Part shown: positions 27,376 through 35,145 of the stretch, piece by piece
How the letters are laid out: every line of letters begins with the position of its first letter
Position numbering within the stretch: the stretch's first letter is position 1
Origin: Rhodothermales bacterium
GTDB taxonomy: Bacteria; Bacteroidota; Rhodothermia; Rhodothermales; VXPQ01
NCBI GenBank assembly: GCA_040904565.1
Contig: JBBDTI010000034.1
Span: forward strand, 1 to 42,676
Direction of reading: 5' to 3'
Length of the DNA stretch: 42,676 nt
The notes under the pieces: model-generated
Seen by the model: only the letters and a program-made list of their open reading frames with translations
What the model was told of the DNA's origin: nothing
Database searches by the model: none
Translations under genes and position numbers: made by a program

Positions 27376-27708
27376 ATGAAAGCCTTTCTACAACGGTATG
27401 CATGGCTCAATGGCATCCTGGGCATTTGGGTTGCCGCGACACCCTTCTTTGGATTCGACCACGTCGTCGTTCTCGCCAGCAATCTTGTCGTCGGTGCTTT
27501 CGCTCTGCTTTCCGGCTTCGCGATCAACACCATCAAACCGTGGCAGGGATGGACGCTGGCCCTCCTGGGATTCTTTCTCTACCTGACCGCCTTCTTCTTC
27601 GAGCTGCACATCGGCTCGAACCTATGGTGGAACAACATCACGGTCGGTGGCCTCATCGCGATTGCCGGCTTTGCAGCCCGGCAGGGGACATCGGCTCGAG
27701 CCTCGTAG
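27376..27708 (+). CDS. SPW-repeat-like four-TM membrane protein
   Basis: WLNGILGIWVAATPF...SNLVVG and WQGW...WWNNITVG; paralog of 16591-16911. Confidence 0.78.
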   Translation: MKAFLQRYAWLNGILGIWVAATPFFGFDHVVVLASNLVVGAFALLSGFAINTIKPWQGWTLALLGFFLYLTAFFFELHIGSNLWWNNITVGGLIAIAGFAARQGTSARAS

Positions 27709-27732
27709 TGACAGGCGGGAAATGGAATGCTC

Positions 27733-27787
27733 CTTAACGAATATTAAGTCGACTTTCAGGATCGTTTCAGCTCCTGCGCCTCATCTT
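27733..27787 (+). promoter_or_regulatory. Repeated promoter element, copy 9 (upstream of USP)
   Basis: CTTAA-cgaata-TTAAG-tcgact-TTCAG-gatcgt-TTCAG-N11-CATCTT. Confidence 0.85.
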
Positions 27788-27838
27788 GGTCTTGGAATAA
27801 GAACGGACGGTTTCACATCCCAAAACGGAGATCTTGCC

Positions 27839-28288
27839 ATGTTGAATCTCAAGAATATCTTAATCGCCCATGATCTCGACCACAGCTCGGATCAAGCCCT
27901 GCGATACGCGACCGACCTCGCCGAGACAACCGGCGCGACACTGCACGTCGTCTATGGCGCGCTAGAGGATGGAGACCCGGACAACGTGCCACCTGAGGCC
28001 GAACTCCCGGATTCCGTGTTTCTTGAGCAAATCAAGAACGGCTCGTCGCCTCTTCCAAGCGGATCGCGCGTGGCAAGCACGATCGATGTGGAGTACGCGG
28101 TCGCGCGCGGTCTAAACCCCGCCGGCGCCCTCGTTCAATACGCAGACGAGCACGCCATCGATCTCATCGTAACCGGTTCGCACGAGCGTTCCACCGTCGG
28201 CCGCTTCCTTAGAGGATCCGTGTCCGAAAAAGTCGCACGGGCTGCATCATGTCCGGTCTCCATCGTGAAGCCCCATGCAAGAGCCTAG
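27839..28288 (+). CDS. Universal stress protein (UspA family)
   Basis: KNILIAHD...ALRYA; IDLIVTGSH...RFLRGSVSEKVARAASCPVSIVK; GGAG RBS. Confidence 0.9.
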   Translation: MLNLKNILIAHDLDHSSDQALRYATDLAETTGATLHVVYGALEDGDPDNVPPEAELPDSVFLEQIKNGSSPLPSGSRVASTIDVEYAVARGLNPAGALVQYADEHAIDLIVTGSHERSTVGRFLRGSVSEKVARAASCPVSIVKPHARA

Positions 28289-28313
28289 CTAACTTGGAGC
28301 ACGGAGACGCGCT

Positions 28314-28907
28314 ATGAAGAACTTCCTCCGATATGCCGCCTGTCTGATGGCCCTCGTGCCGGCCGCCACACCAGCGATGGGACAGCACCATTTATTCGGG
28401 GAGGACGTCGGGGGCTACGTTGGACCGGTCGTGAAGCTCTCGAATATCGACAGGACGCCGGCGTTCTTTATGGGCGCACGAGCGGGTATGACGCTGGGGA
28501 TCGCCGAGGAGGCGCGCCTGAGCGTCGGTGCCGCCATGTACGGGATGATGAACGGCGTGCGGGTCGTAAACCGCGACTACCTTCAGTTTGGCTACGGCGG
28601 CCTCGACCTCGAGTACGCTTGGCGGCCCGACGAAATCCTTTACTTCTCCATCAGGGCGCTCATCGGCGCAGGTACGGCCGATGCCGACAGCGAGGTCCGG
28701 CGACGGGTCTCCCATATGTGGACGAACGGTCCGGCCCTGTTTGTCGCCGAGCCCGGGATCGGTCTTACCCTCAACGCGGCCCCAGGGCTGCGACTTGGTG
28801 GAGCCGTCACGTACCGGAATGTGGGCGGTTCCGCGATCACGTCGCTACGCGGCGCAAGGCTGAGCGGATGGTCGGGACAGCTCGAGCTGATATGGGGTCG
28901 GCACTGA
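28314..28907 (+). CDS. Small outer-membrane beta-barrel protein
   Basis: Signal peptide, Gly/aromatic-rich alternating strands (FGYGGLDLEY, FVAEPGIGLTLN). Confidence 0.7.
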   Translation: MKNFLRYAACLMALVPAATPAMGQHHLFGEDVGGYVGPVVKLSNIDRTPAFFMGARAGMTLGIAEEARLSVGAAMYGMMNGVRVVNRDYLQFGYGGLDLEYAWRPDEILYFSIRALIGAGTADADSEVRRRVSHMWTNGPALFVAEPGIGLTLNAAPGLRLGGAVTYRNVGGSAITSLRGARLSGWSGQLELIWGRH

Positions 28908-29042
28908 CGACGCGCATCGGTCGGTCCTGCGCCGGCCGGGTCCCAGAGCTACGTCCACGAGCAACGTAGCCCACTCGAACGCCAATTCTCGCTTCGCCCG
29001 TACAGGTTCGTCGAAACAGGCAATCGCATCCGCGCGAATAGT

Positions 29043-30497
29043 CTACCGTCGCAGAACGACCGCACTACCCGTATGAACCGTAACACCTGTGTCGAGCACA
29101 TAATGATACGTTCCACTGGGCAGATGTGAGGCATCCAGGACGATCTCATGGCGGCCGGGCGCCGCAATGTCTCTGTCTACACGTACTCGCTCACGACCGA
29201 GCACGTCGAAGACCTTAAGGGTAATATCACGGGCGCCGTCCGCGACGAAACTTACGTGGGTGACCGTTGAGAACGGATTCGGATAAACCCGGGTGGATCG
29301 ATCGTACGTCCGCTGCGGCATATCGATGTGCTCTCGGGAGGTGCTCGTGCTAATCTGCCAGCAGGCCAGGCCGCTCGCCGGGATCACGTCCACCGCTGCG
29401 AAGGAACCGCCGACGTGCAGCATGCCGCCTTGCCCTACGGACAGAGCATGCACGAGGTTGTCGGTCCCGCCCTCAAGAGCGGACCACCGGCCGTCTTTCC
29501 AGCGTGCCACGTGGCGGGCAGATACGTTGCCTGCCCGCGTAAAGTAGCCCCCGATATACAGGGAACCGTCTGCCCCAATAGCCATGGCGTGTACGCCGCC
29601 GTCAACACCTTCGCCCATCGGTGACCAGCGACGACCATCCCAACGAGATAGATACGGAGACGAAAGATCGCCGGCCGCGTCGAAGTTTCCGCCGGCGTAG
29701 AGCCTCCCCCGTGGATCCAGTGCGAGCACCCACACGGGCCGCGCGTCAAAGGGTGGATGAATACCGCCGCCCAGCGCCTCCCATTCCGTGCCGTTCCAGA
29801 GTGCAACCTGGTGCGCCGTCTTACCGCCTGCCGTTGTAAATCCGCCGGCCGCGTAGAGCCTTCCGTCAGGTGCAGGTGCCAGAGCCATGACATTGTGATC
29901 CATGCCGCTGCCGAGCGCCTGCCAGCTCCCGTCTTGCCACATGGCGATGTAGCTCGCAGCAGCATCTCCGGCGCGCGTGAAGGATCCGCCCGCGTAGAGC
30001 GTACCGTCCGGCCCCACGGACAGCGCGTATACCGTAGAGTTCATACCACCTCCAAGAGGTTCCCACGACCGCCCGTTCCAGCTGGCAACGTATCCGATAC
30101 GACGACCGCCCGCCTCAGTAAAGCTTCCTCCAGCGTATAGTGTGCCGCCATCGTCGACGACAAGCGCTTGAACGGCGCCATTGACTCCTGATCCCAGATT
30201 CGAAAAGCGCACCCCGTCCCACATCGCCACTCTATTGACCATCTCAATACCGGCAGTGACGAAGAATCCTCCTATGTAGAGCGTATCGCCATGCACCGCG
30301 AGTGCCATGACATCTCCGTCCAATGCAGGGAACGCACTCGACCAGTGAGTTGACGCGGTCTCGGCTGGAAAATGCTGAGCGGTTGCTCTACCAGACAGAA
30401 ATCCGGCTACGGCCGAGCACACGAGCATCGAAGCGAGTAATCTCAGTCTATACATGCTACGCACCTGGAGAGCCGTCGCCATCGTGAGATACTGCAC
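29043..30497 (-). CDS. Secreted beta-propeller repeat protein with T9SS type A C-terminal sorting domain
   Basis: Signal peptide; six repeats of about 50 aa (LYAGGSFTxAG...VAxWDG..W..LGxG); C-terminal VYPNPFS...LKVFDVLGRE...DASHLPSGTYHY. Start uncertain. Confidence 0.88.
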   Translation of the reverse strand: MQYLTMATALQVRSMYRLRLLASMLVCSAVAGFLSGRATAQHFPAETASTHWSSAFPALDGDVMALAVHGDTLYIGGFFVTAGIEMVNRVAMWDGVRFSNLGSGVNGAVQALVVDDGGTLYAGGSFTEAGGRRIGYVASWNGRSWEPLGGGMNSTVYALSVGPDGTLYAGGSFTRAGDAAASYIAMWQDGSWQALGSGMDHNVMALAPAPDGRLYAAGGFTTAGGKTAHQVALWNGTEWEALGGGIHPPFDARPVWVLALDPRGRLYAGGNFDAAGDLSSPYLSRWDGRRWSPMGEGVDGGVHAMAIGADGSLYIGGYFTRAGNVSARHVARWKDGRWSALEGGTDNLVHALSVGQGGMLHVGGSFAAVDVIPASGLACWQISTSTSREHIDMPQRTYDRSTRVYPNPFSTVTHVSFVADGARDITLKVFDVLGRERVRVDRDIAAPGRHEIVLDASHLPSGTYHYVLDTGVTVHTGSAVVLRR

Positions 30498-30642
30498 GAT
30501 AGTCGCATCAGCTCATGGAATAGTGTGGGCGCAACCCCAATTGATTAGAGGGCGGATGGCGTGATCGTGCGCGGTTCGATCACCTACACGTCCCGCATTA
30601 TTGGTCGAGTAGGTAGGACGTCGCCGGGCTTCCCGTGCACGT

Positions 30643-30698
30643 CCTAACCGCTTTTTAAGCTTGTTTTAAGATTGTCTTCAGGTTGTCCGCCCGAAATT
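30643..30698 (+). promoter_or_regulatory. Repeated promoter element, copy 10 (upstream of second tandem USP gene)
   Basis: CCTAA-ccgcttt-TTAAG-cttgtt-TTAAG-attgtc-TTCAG-N11-GAAATT. Confidence 0.8.
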
Positions 30699-30780
30699 AG
30701 GATTCAAGATGACGATACCTTCATACACCCTCGACATTGCCTGTTGTCCGCGACACACTTCCTACCCGAAGCCTCAGCCT

Positions 30781-31644
30781 ATGCCTGCCGACGCGTTTTC
30801 GAGCGATTTTTCCATTCTGATCCCCGTTGCGCTTCCGTCCTCCGGACCGGCCCTCCTGCGCGTGGCGCGACTTTTTGCGCCGCCGGAGTCGCTGCGGGTG
30901 ACTGCACTCCACTGCTGGGACGAGCGCGAGTTCAGGTCACAAGCGTACGAACATCGCAACGAGGGAATTATCGACAGCCCCCTCGTTCCACTGCTCGATT
31001 CCGCCGACGCCGTCGAAGTGGACCCGCTCTGTTTCGTGAGTGCCGACATCGGGCACGATATCGTATCAATTGCACGGGAGCGATTCACGGACCTCATCCT
31101 TATGGGATGGCACCGGCCGATGACTCACGACGACGAGTCAACCGGCCCGGTCGATACCGTCCTCCAAGACGCGGACAGCGACGTCGCGCTGTTGCTGAGC
31201 CGCCGTTTCAGACCCGTTCGACGCGTACTCGTACCCTATTACGGCGGCCTGCACGATCGCCGCGCTCTCGTTCTGGCCGGGCGAATCGCTCGTGGGCCGG
31301 CGTCGGCGGTAACCGTGTTGCACGTCGTGAATCCGAAGGGCACGGACTCTCCCGGCCTGCGACAAAGCGGCCTCGTCGACAAATCGAACGACGGGGAGGT
31401 GCGCCTCAAGGTCGTCGAACACGACAACCCCGTAGACGCCGCTATACATGAAGCATGGTTGGGCTACGATCTGATTATCGCAGGGGCGTCCGAGACCTGG
31501 GGCGTCAACGAATCGCCATTCTCCGAGGGGCTGCAGAGACTCGCATTCGCTACGCCCGCCTCGCTACTCGTAGTCCATGCCGGTCGCGCACATGCCCCGT
31601 CAAGATGGGCTCCGGAATCCGCAGTCCTCAACACGTCCGACTGA
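30781..31644 (+). CDS. Tandem USP domain protein
   Basis: Close paralog of 19030-19887 (IPVALPSSGP, TALHCW, RRVLVPYYGGLHDRRA, RLAFATPASLLVV). Alternative start 30709. Confidence 0.85.
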   Translation: MPADAFSSDFSILIPVALPSSGPALLRVARLFAPPESLRVTALHCWDEREFRSQAYEHRNEGIIDSPLVPLLDSADAVEVDPLCFVSADIGHDIVSIARERFTDLILMGWHRPMTHDDESTGPVDTVLQDADSDVALLLSRRFRPVRRVLVPYYGGLHDRRALVLAGRIARGPASAVTVLHVVNPKGTDSPGLRQSGLVDKSNDGEVRLKVVEHDNPVDAAIHEAWLGYDLIIAGASETWGVNESPFSEGLQRLAFATPASLLVVHAGRAHAPSRWAPESAVLNTSD

Positions 31645-31660
31645 AGGTGCTTCGCGGTTC

Positions 31661-31715
31661 CTGAAGGGATTTTAAGGCCCGCTTCAGGTTCGCTTAAGCT
31701 AATCGGCCTTTGCTT
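31661..31715 (+). promoter_or_regulatory. Repeated promoter element, copy 11 (upstream of P-II-like gene)
   Basis: CTGAA-gggatt-TTAAG-gcccgc-TTCAG-gttcgc-TTAAG-N11-TTGCTT. Confidence 0.85.
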
Positions 31716-31760
31716 CCGGTAAGGACGGCACGCATCACCTGTAATAGACCGGAGCTTACG

Positions 31761-32078
31761 ATGCGTTACTACAAGATCCACGCCTACGTCCGAAACAGCG
31801 TACGCGAAGACGTCGAAAAGGTGCTTCTAAAGCTCGGAGTCGACGGCTTTACCTTTTACCGTGTCAAAGGCGTCGGCGAATATGCGAATTACTTCAGCCG
31901 CCTGCACCACGTGGAACACACCCAGTTCGAAGTCTTCGTGACGGAAACGGATGTCGACCTGCTGATAGATGCTATTGTTAGCAGCGCCAGCACACCAGCG
32001 AAGGGCGACGGACTCATCGCGGTAATGCCCGTTGACCGCGTGGTCCGCATTCGGAATCACGCGGAGCTCGATGCGTGA
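31761..32078 (+). CDS. P-II family protein
   Basis: KIHAYVR...GVDGFT...VKGVG...ASTPAKGDGLIAVMPVDRVVRIR; GGAG RBS. Confidence 0.85.
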   Translation: MRYYKIHAYVRNSVREDVEKVLLKLGVDGFTFYRVKGVGEYANYFSRLHHVEHTQFEVFVTETDVDLLIDAIVSSASTPAKGDGLIAVMPVDRVVRIRNHAELDA

Positions 32079-32174
32079 CCCCCATCAAAGGAGATTCCGC
32101 CGCGCAGGTCTGTCCCGCTTGTCTGCCTTCTCGATGCGCCGGCAGGGCCGCTCACCCGAACGATGCCGGGCATC

Positions 32175-32229
32175 CTGAAATAATTTTCAGCTTGCCTTAA
32201 GGCTGGCTTCAGACGTGTAGCCGTTCATT
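32175..32229 (+). promoter_or_regulatory. Repeated promoter element, copy 12 (upstream of cusCBA-like operon)
   Basis: CTGAA-ataatt-TTCAG-cttgcc-TTAAG-gctggc-TTCAG-N11-TTCATT. Confidence 0.85.
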
Positions 32230-32282
32230 GGCTTCCGACGATCCTCCACCACGTTACGTAAGCTCCATCCTGCACGTTTGAT

Positions 32283-33593
32283 ATGTTCGTACCGCGCACA
32301 CGGCCCTTCGCGGCGCTTCTTTTTGCATTCGTCGTACTCACCGCACCCGTTGGCGCCCAGTCGCCGACTCCGCGGCTGGAGGCCGATCTACCGCTGCTTC
32401 GCCTGGACGAACTGGTGGAGGAGGTACGCGCGAGCAATCCATCCCTTCGCGCGGCGCATCTCGAGGTGGAAGCCCTCAGTACGGTAGCACGCCAGGTCTC
32501 GGCGCTACCCGATCCGATGATTATGGGCACCTATCAGCCCTTCTCCGTATTGACGGCACGCGGTGCCCAGCGCTCACAATGGCGCATCGAGCAGCAGCTT
32601 CCGTATCCCGGAAAACTGTCGTTGAAGGGTGATATCGCCGACCTGGGTACGGACGTCGCGGCGCACGAAGCGACGGCGTTCGAGATCGACCTCGTGGCGA
32701 GCGTGAAACGCGTCTACTATGAGCTCTATCGCATTCAGGAGCAGCTGGTCCTCATAAACATATTCCAGGACCGCCTCGTGCAGTTCGAAGCCGCTGCCGC
32801 CGAGCAGTACCAGGTCGGTACCGGGATGCAGCAGGCTATCCTCAAGGCCCAGATCGAGAAGAACGCGCTGTCGCAGCGTGCGCTCGACCTGGAGGAACGC
32901 CGCACCACGGCCGTCGAGACGCTGAGCCGGCTGGTCGATCGCCCGATCGAAGGAGAGTTCCGCGTCGAGATCAGCCAGCCCGAGATCGACGGGCTCCAGG
33001 CTGCGGAACTCGTCGACACAGCCCTCAGGAATCGACCGGAAATGAAGGCCGTCGAGTCTGCCGCGGAGCGCGCCGACAAACAGATCGACCTGGCACACAA
33101 GCAGTTCCTGCCCGACTTCGGAGTAAACGTCACGTATTTCGACATCGCGTCCGGGCCCGTGCCACCGACAGCCACGGGACGCGACGCCATAGCGCTGGGC
33201 ATCTCCATCAAGGTCCCGCTACAGCGCGATCGACTTCGAGCCCGGCTAGAAGAGGCGAAGGCGCGGCGTTCCCAGACCGATGCCCGCCGCGACGCGCTCG
33301 CCTCCTCCTTCCGCACGCAGATCCACGATCTCGTCAAGCGGCTCGAGATCGAAACCGAACAACTGGACCTCTACCGTGATCTGCTGATTCCTCAGGCCAC
33401 AAGTACGGTAAATGCCATCCTGAGTGCCTACACCACCGGCCGCACGGACTTCCTGAACCTCCTCGATGCCGAGCGCATGCTGTTCACGCTGCGCTTGAAT
33501 CGCGAAGACGCCCAGGCGCGCCTCCTCAAGGCGTCAGCCGATCTCGAGCGCGAGCTCGCCGTCGACAATCTCTCCGACCTTTCCACGTTCTAA
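32283..33593 (+). CDS. TolC family outer-membrane efflux protein (CusC-like)
   Basis: Signal peptide, NPSLRAA, ALPDP, QQLPYPGKL, YTTGRTDFLNLLDAE; first gene of an RND operon. Confidence 0.9.
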   Translation: MFVPRTRPFAALLFAFVVLTAPVGAQSPTPRLEADLPLLRLDELVEEVRASNPSLRAAHLEVEALSTVARQVSALPDPMIMGTYQPFSVLTARGAQRSQWRIEQQLPYPGKLSLKGDIADLGTDVAAHEATAFEIDLVASVKRVYYELYRIQEQLVLINIFQDRLVQFEAAAAEQYQVGTGMQQAILKAQIEKNALSQRALDLEERRTTAVETLSRLVDRPIEGEFRVEISQPEIDGLQAAELVDTALRNRPEMKAVESAAERADKQIDLAHKQFLPDFGVNVTYFDIASGPVPPTATGRDAIALGISIKVPLQRDRLRARLEEAKARRSQTDARRDALASSFRTQIHDLVKRLEIETEQLDLYRDLLIPQATSTVNAILSAYTTGRTDFLNLLDAERMLFTLRLNREDAQARLLKASADLERELAVDNLSDLSTF

Positions 33594-33607
33594 TAGAATC
33601 ACGCGCC

Positions 33608-35098
33608 ATGTCCATCTGGCCCAACGCGAAGCATACCGTCCTCTGGCTTCTACTTCTCGTCCTCGTCGCCGGGGCGGCATACACGATCGGTCGAACGACC
33701 GGTCCGGGCGACTCGCCAGACGGCACCCTCGAAGCGTCCGACGCGGAGGAAGCGCCTCAGGAAGCCGACCGCGAAATTCTGTACTGGCAGGCGCCTATGA
33801 ATCCGGAGGAGATCTACGACAGTCCGGGGAAATCCAACATGGGAATGGACCTCGTGCCCGTCTATGCGGACGAGGAGCCGACGGAGGGCACCGTGCGGAT
33901 CGATCCCGTCACCGTGCAGAACATGGGCATACGCACGGCGCGCGTAGAACGGGGCCCGTTCGCTCGGACGATACGCGCCGTCGGCAACATCGTGTATAAC
34001 GAGGAGACGCTCTATACCGTGTCGACGAAGATCTCCGGATGGGTCGAGGCCCTCCACGTCGACTACACCGGACAGGACGTCCGGAAGGGCGACGTCTTGC
34101 TCGAGATATATTCCCCGGAGCTCGTTTCGACGCAGAAGGAATACCTCCTCGCTCTACGCACACTGGAGATGGTCGAGAACGGCGGCAGCGAGCAGGCGAT
34201 CGCCGACGCCCGATCGCTCACCGAGTCCGCGCGCCAGCGTCTGCTCTACTGGGACATCGACGAGTCCGTGATAGACGATCTCGAAAGAACGGGTGAGGTC
34301 CTGCGGACCCTGCCGTTGAGGGCGCCGGCAAGCGGCGTGGTCGTCCACAAGAATATTCAGGCCGGCAAGTACATCAGCGCCGGCGTGGACGTGTACCGTA
34401 TAGCGGACCTCTCTACGGTGTGGCTCGAGGCAAATCTTTATGATAACGAGATACCGTGGATTGAGGTGGGTCAGCGAGCTCGCGTGGAGATGTCCTACGT
34501 ACCCGGCAAAACTTATACGGGGCGCGTCGACTTCGTGTATCCCTACCTGAATGAGAACGAGCGACACGTGCGCGTGCGCCTGGTGTTTCCGAATCCCGGT
34601 TACCAGCTCAAGCCGGGAATGTATGCGAACGTGCTGATCGACGTCCCCACGCGTGACGACGTCCTGAAAATCCCGGAACGTGCCGTTATCCGGTCGGGCA
34701 CCCGCAACGTGGCCTTCGTGGCGCGAGGCGAAGGCAAGTTCGAACCTCGTGAGCTAGAACTCGGCGCCGAAGGCGGCGACGAAGAGGTGGAGGTTCTCTC
34801 CGGATTACGAGAAGGCGAAGAGATCGTGACGTCCTCCCAATTCTTGCTCGACAGCGAAAGCCGGCTCCAGGAAGCCATCCAGAAGATGCTGGCGCTCAAG
34901 TCGGAGCCCGCGCGGGCGGATACGGATGCGGGCACCACGCCCGACGTGATCCGCACGCCGGATGCCCCAGACGGCAACGTCGATATGCCGGGCATGGACC
35001 ATGAAGCGTCCGGCGCGGCGGAAAGTGAAACAGTCGAAATGCCGGAGATGCCGGCCGAGACGCGGGAAGAACCCGAGCACGTCCACAGTGACATGTAG
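33608..35098 (+). CDS. cusB: RND efflux periplasmic adaptor (CusB-like)
   Basis: Met-rich metal-binding motif WQAPMNP...PGKSNMGMDLVPVY, IYSPELVSTQKEY, LKPGMYA, SQFLLDSES, Met/His-rich tail. Confidence 0.9.
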   Translation: MSIWPNAKHTVLWLLLLVLVAGAAYTIGRTTGPGDSPDGTLEASDAEEAPQEADREILYWQAPMNPEEIYDSPGKSNMGMDLVPVYADEEPTEGTVRIDPVTVQNMGIRTARVERGPFARTIRAVGNIVYNEETLYTVSTKISGWVEALHVDYTGQDVRKGDVLLEIYSPELVSTQKEYLLALRTLEMVENGGSEQAIADARSLTESARQRLLYWDIDESVIDDLERTGEVLRTLPLRAPASGVVVHKNIQAGKYISAGVDVYRIADLSTVWLEANLYDNEIPWIEVGQRARVEMSYVPGKTYTGRVDFVYPYLNENERHVRVRLVFPNPGYQLKPGMYANVLIDVPTRDDVLKIPERAVIRSGTRNVAFVARGEGKFEPRELELGAEGGDEEVEVLSGLREGEEIVTSSQFLLDSESRLQEAIQKMLALKSEPARADTDAGTTPDVIRTPDAPDGNVDMPGMDHEASGAAESETVEMPEMPAETREEPEHVHSDM

Positions 35099-35145
35099 CC
35101 GACACGCCGCACCTCGCTGCTCGCCGCCAGTCTGTACGAAATCCC

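Noticed and set aside
21653-31760. ORF-track upstream starts at 21653, 27328, 27647 and 31710
   Set aside because: They lie in or upstream of the promoter elements; downstream ATGs give family-typical N-termini.
8668-32229. The repeated element as a CRISPR array, REP/MITE family or iteron set
   Set aside because: Copies are dispersed, only the 5-bp boxes are conserved, spacers differ, there are no terminal inverted repeats or target duplications, and all copies are oriented to gene starts.
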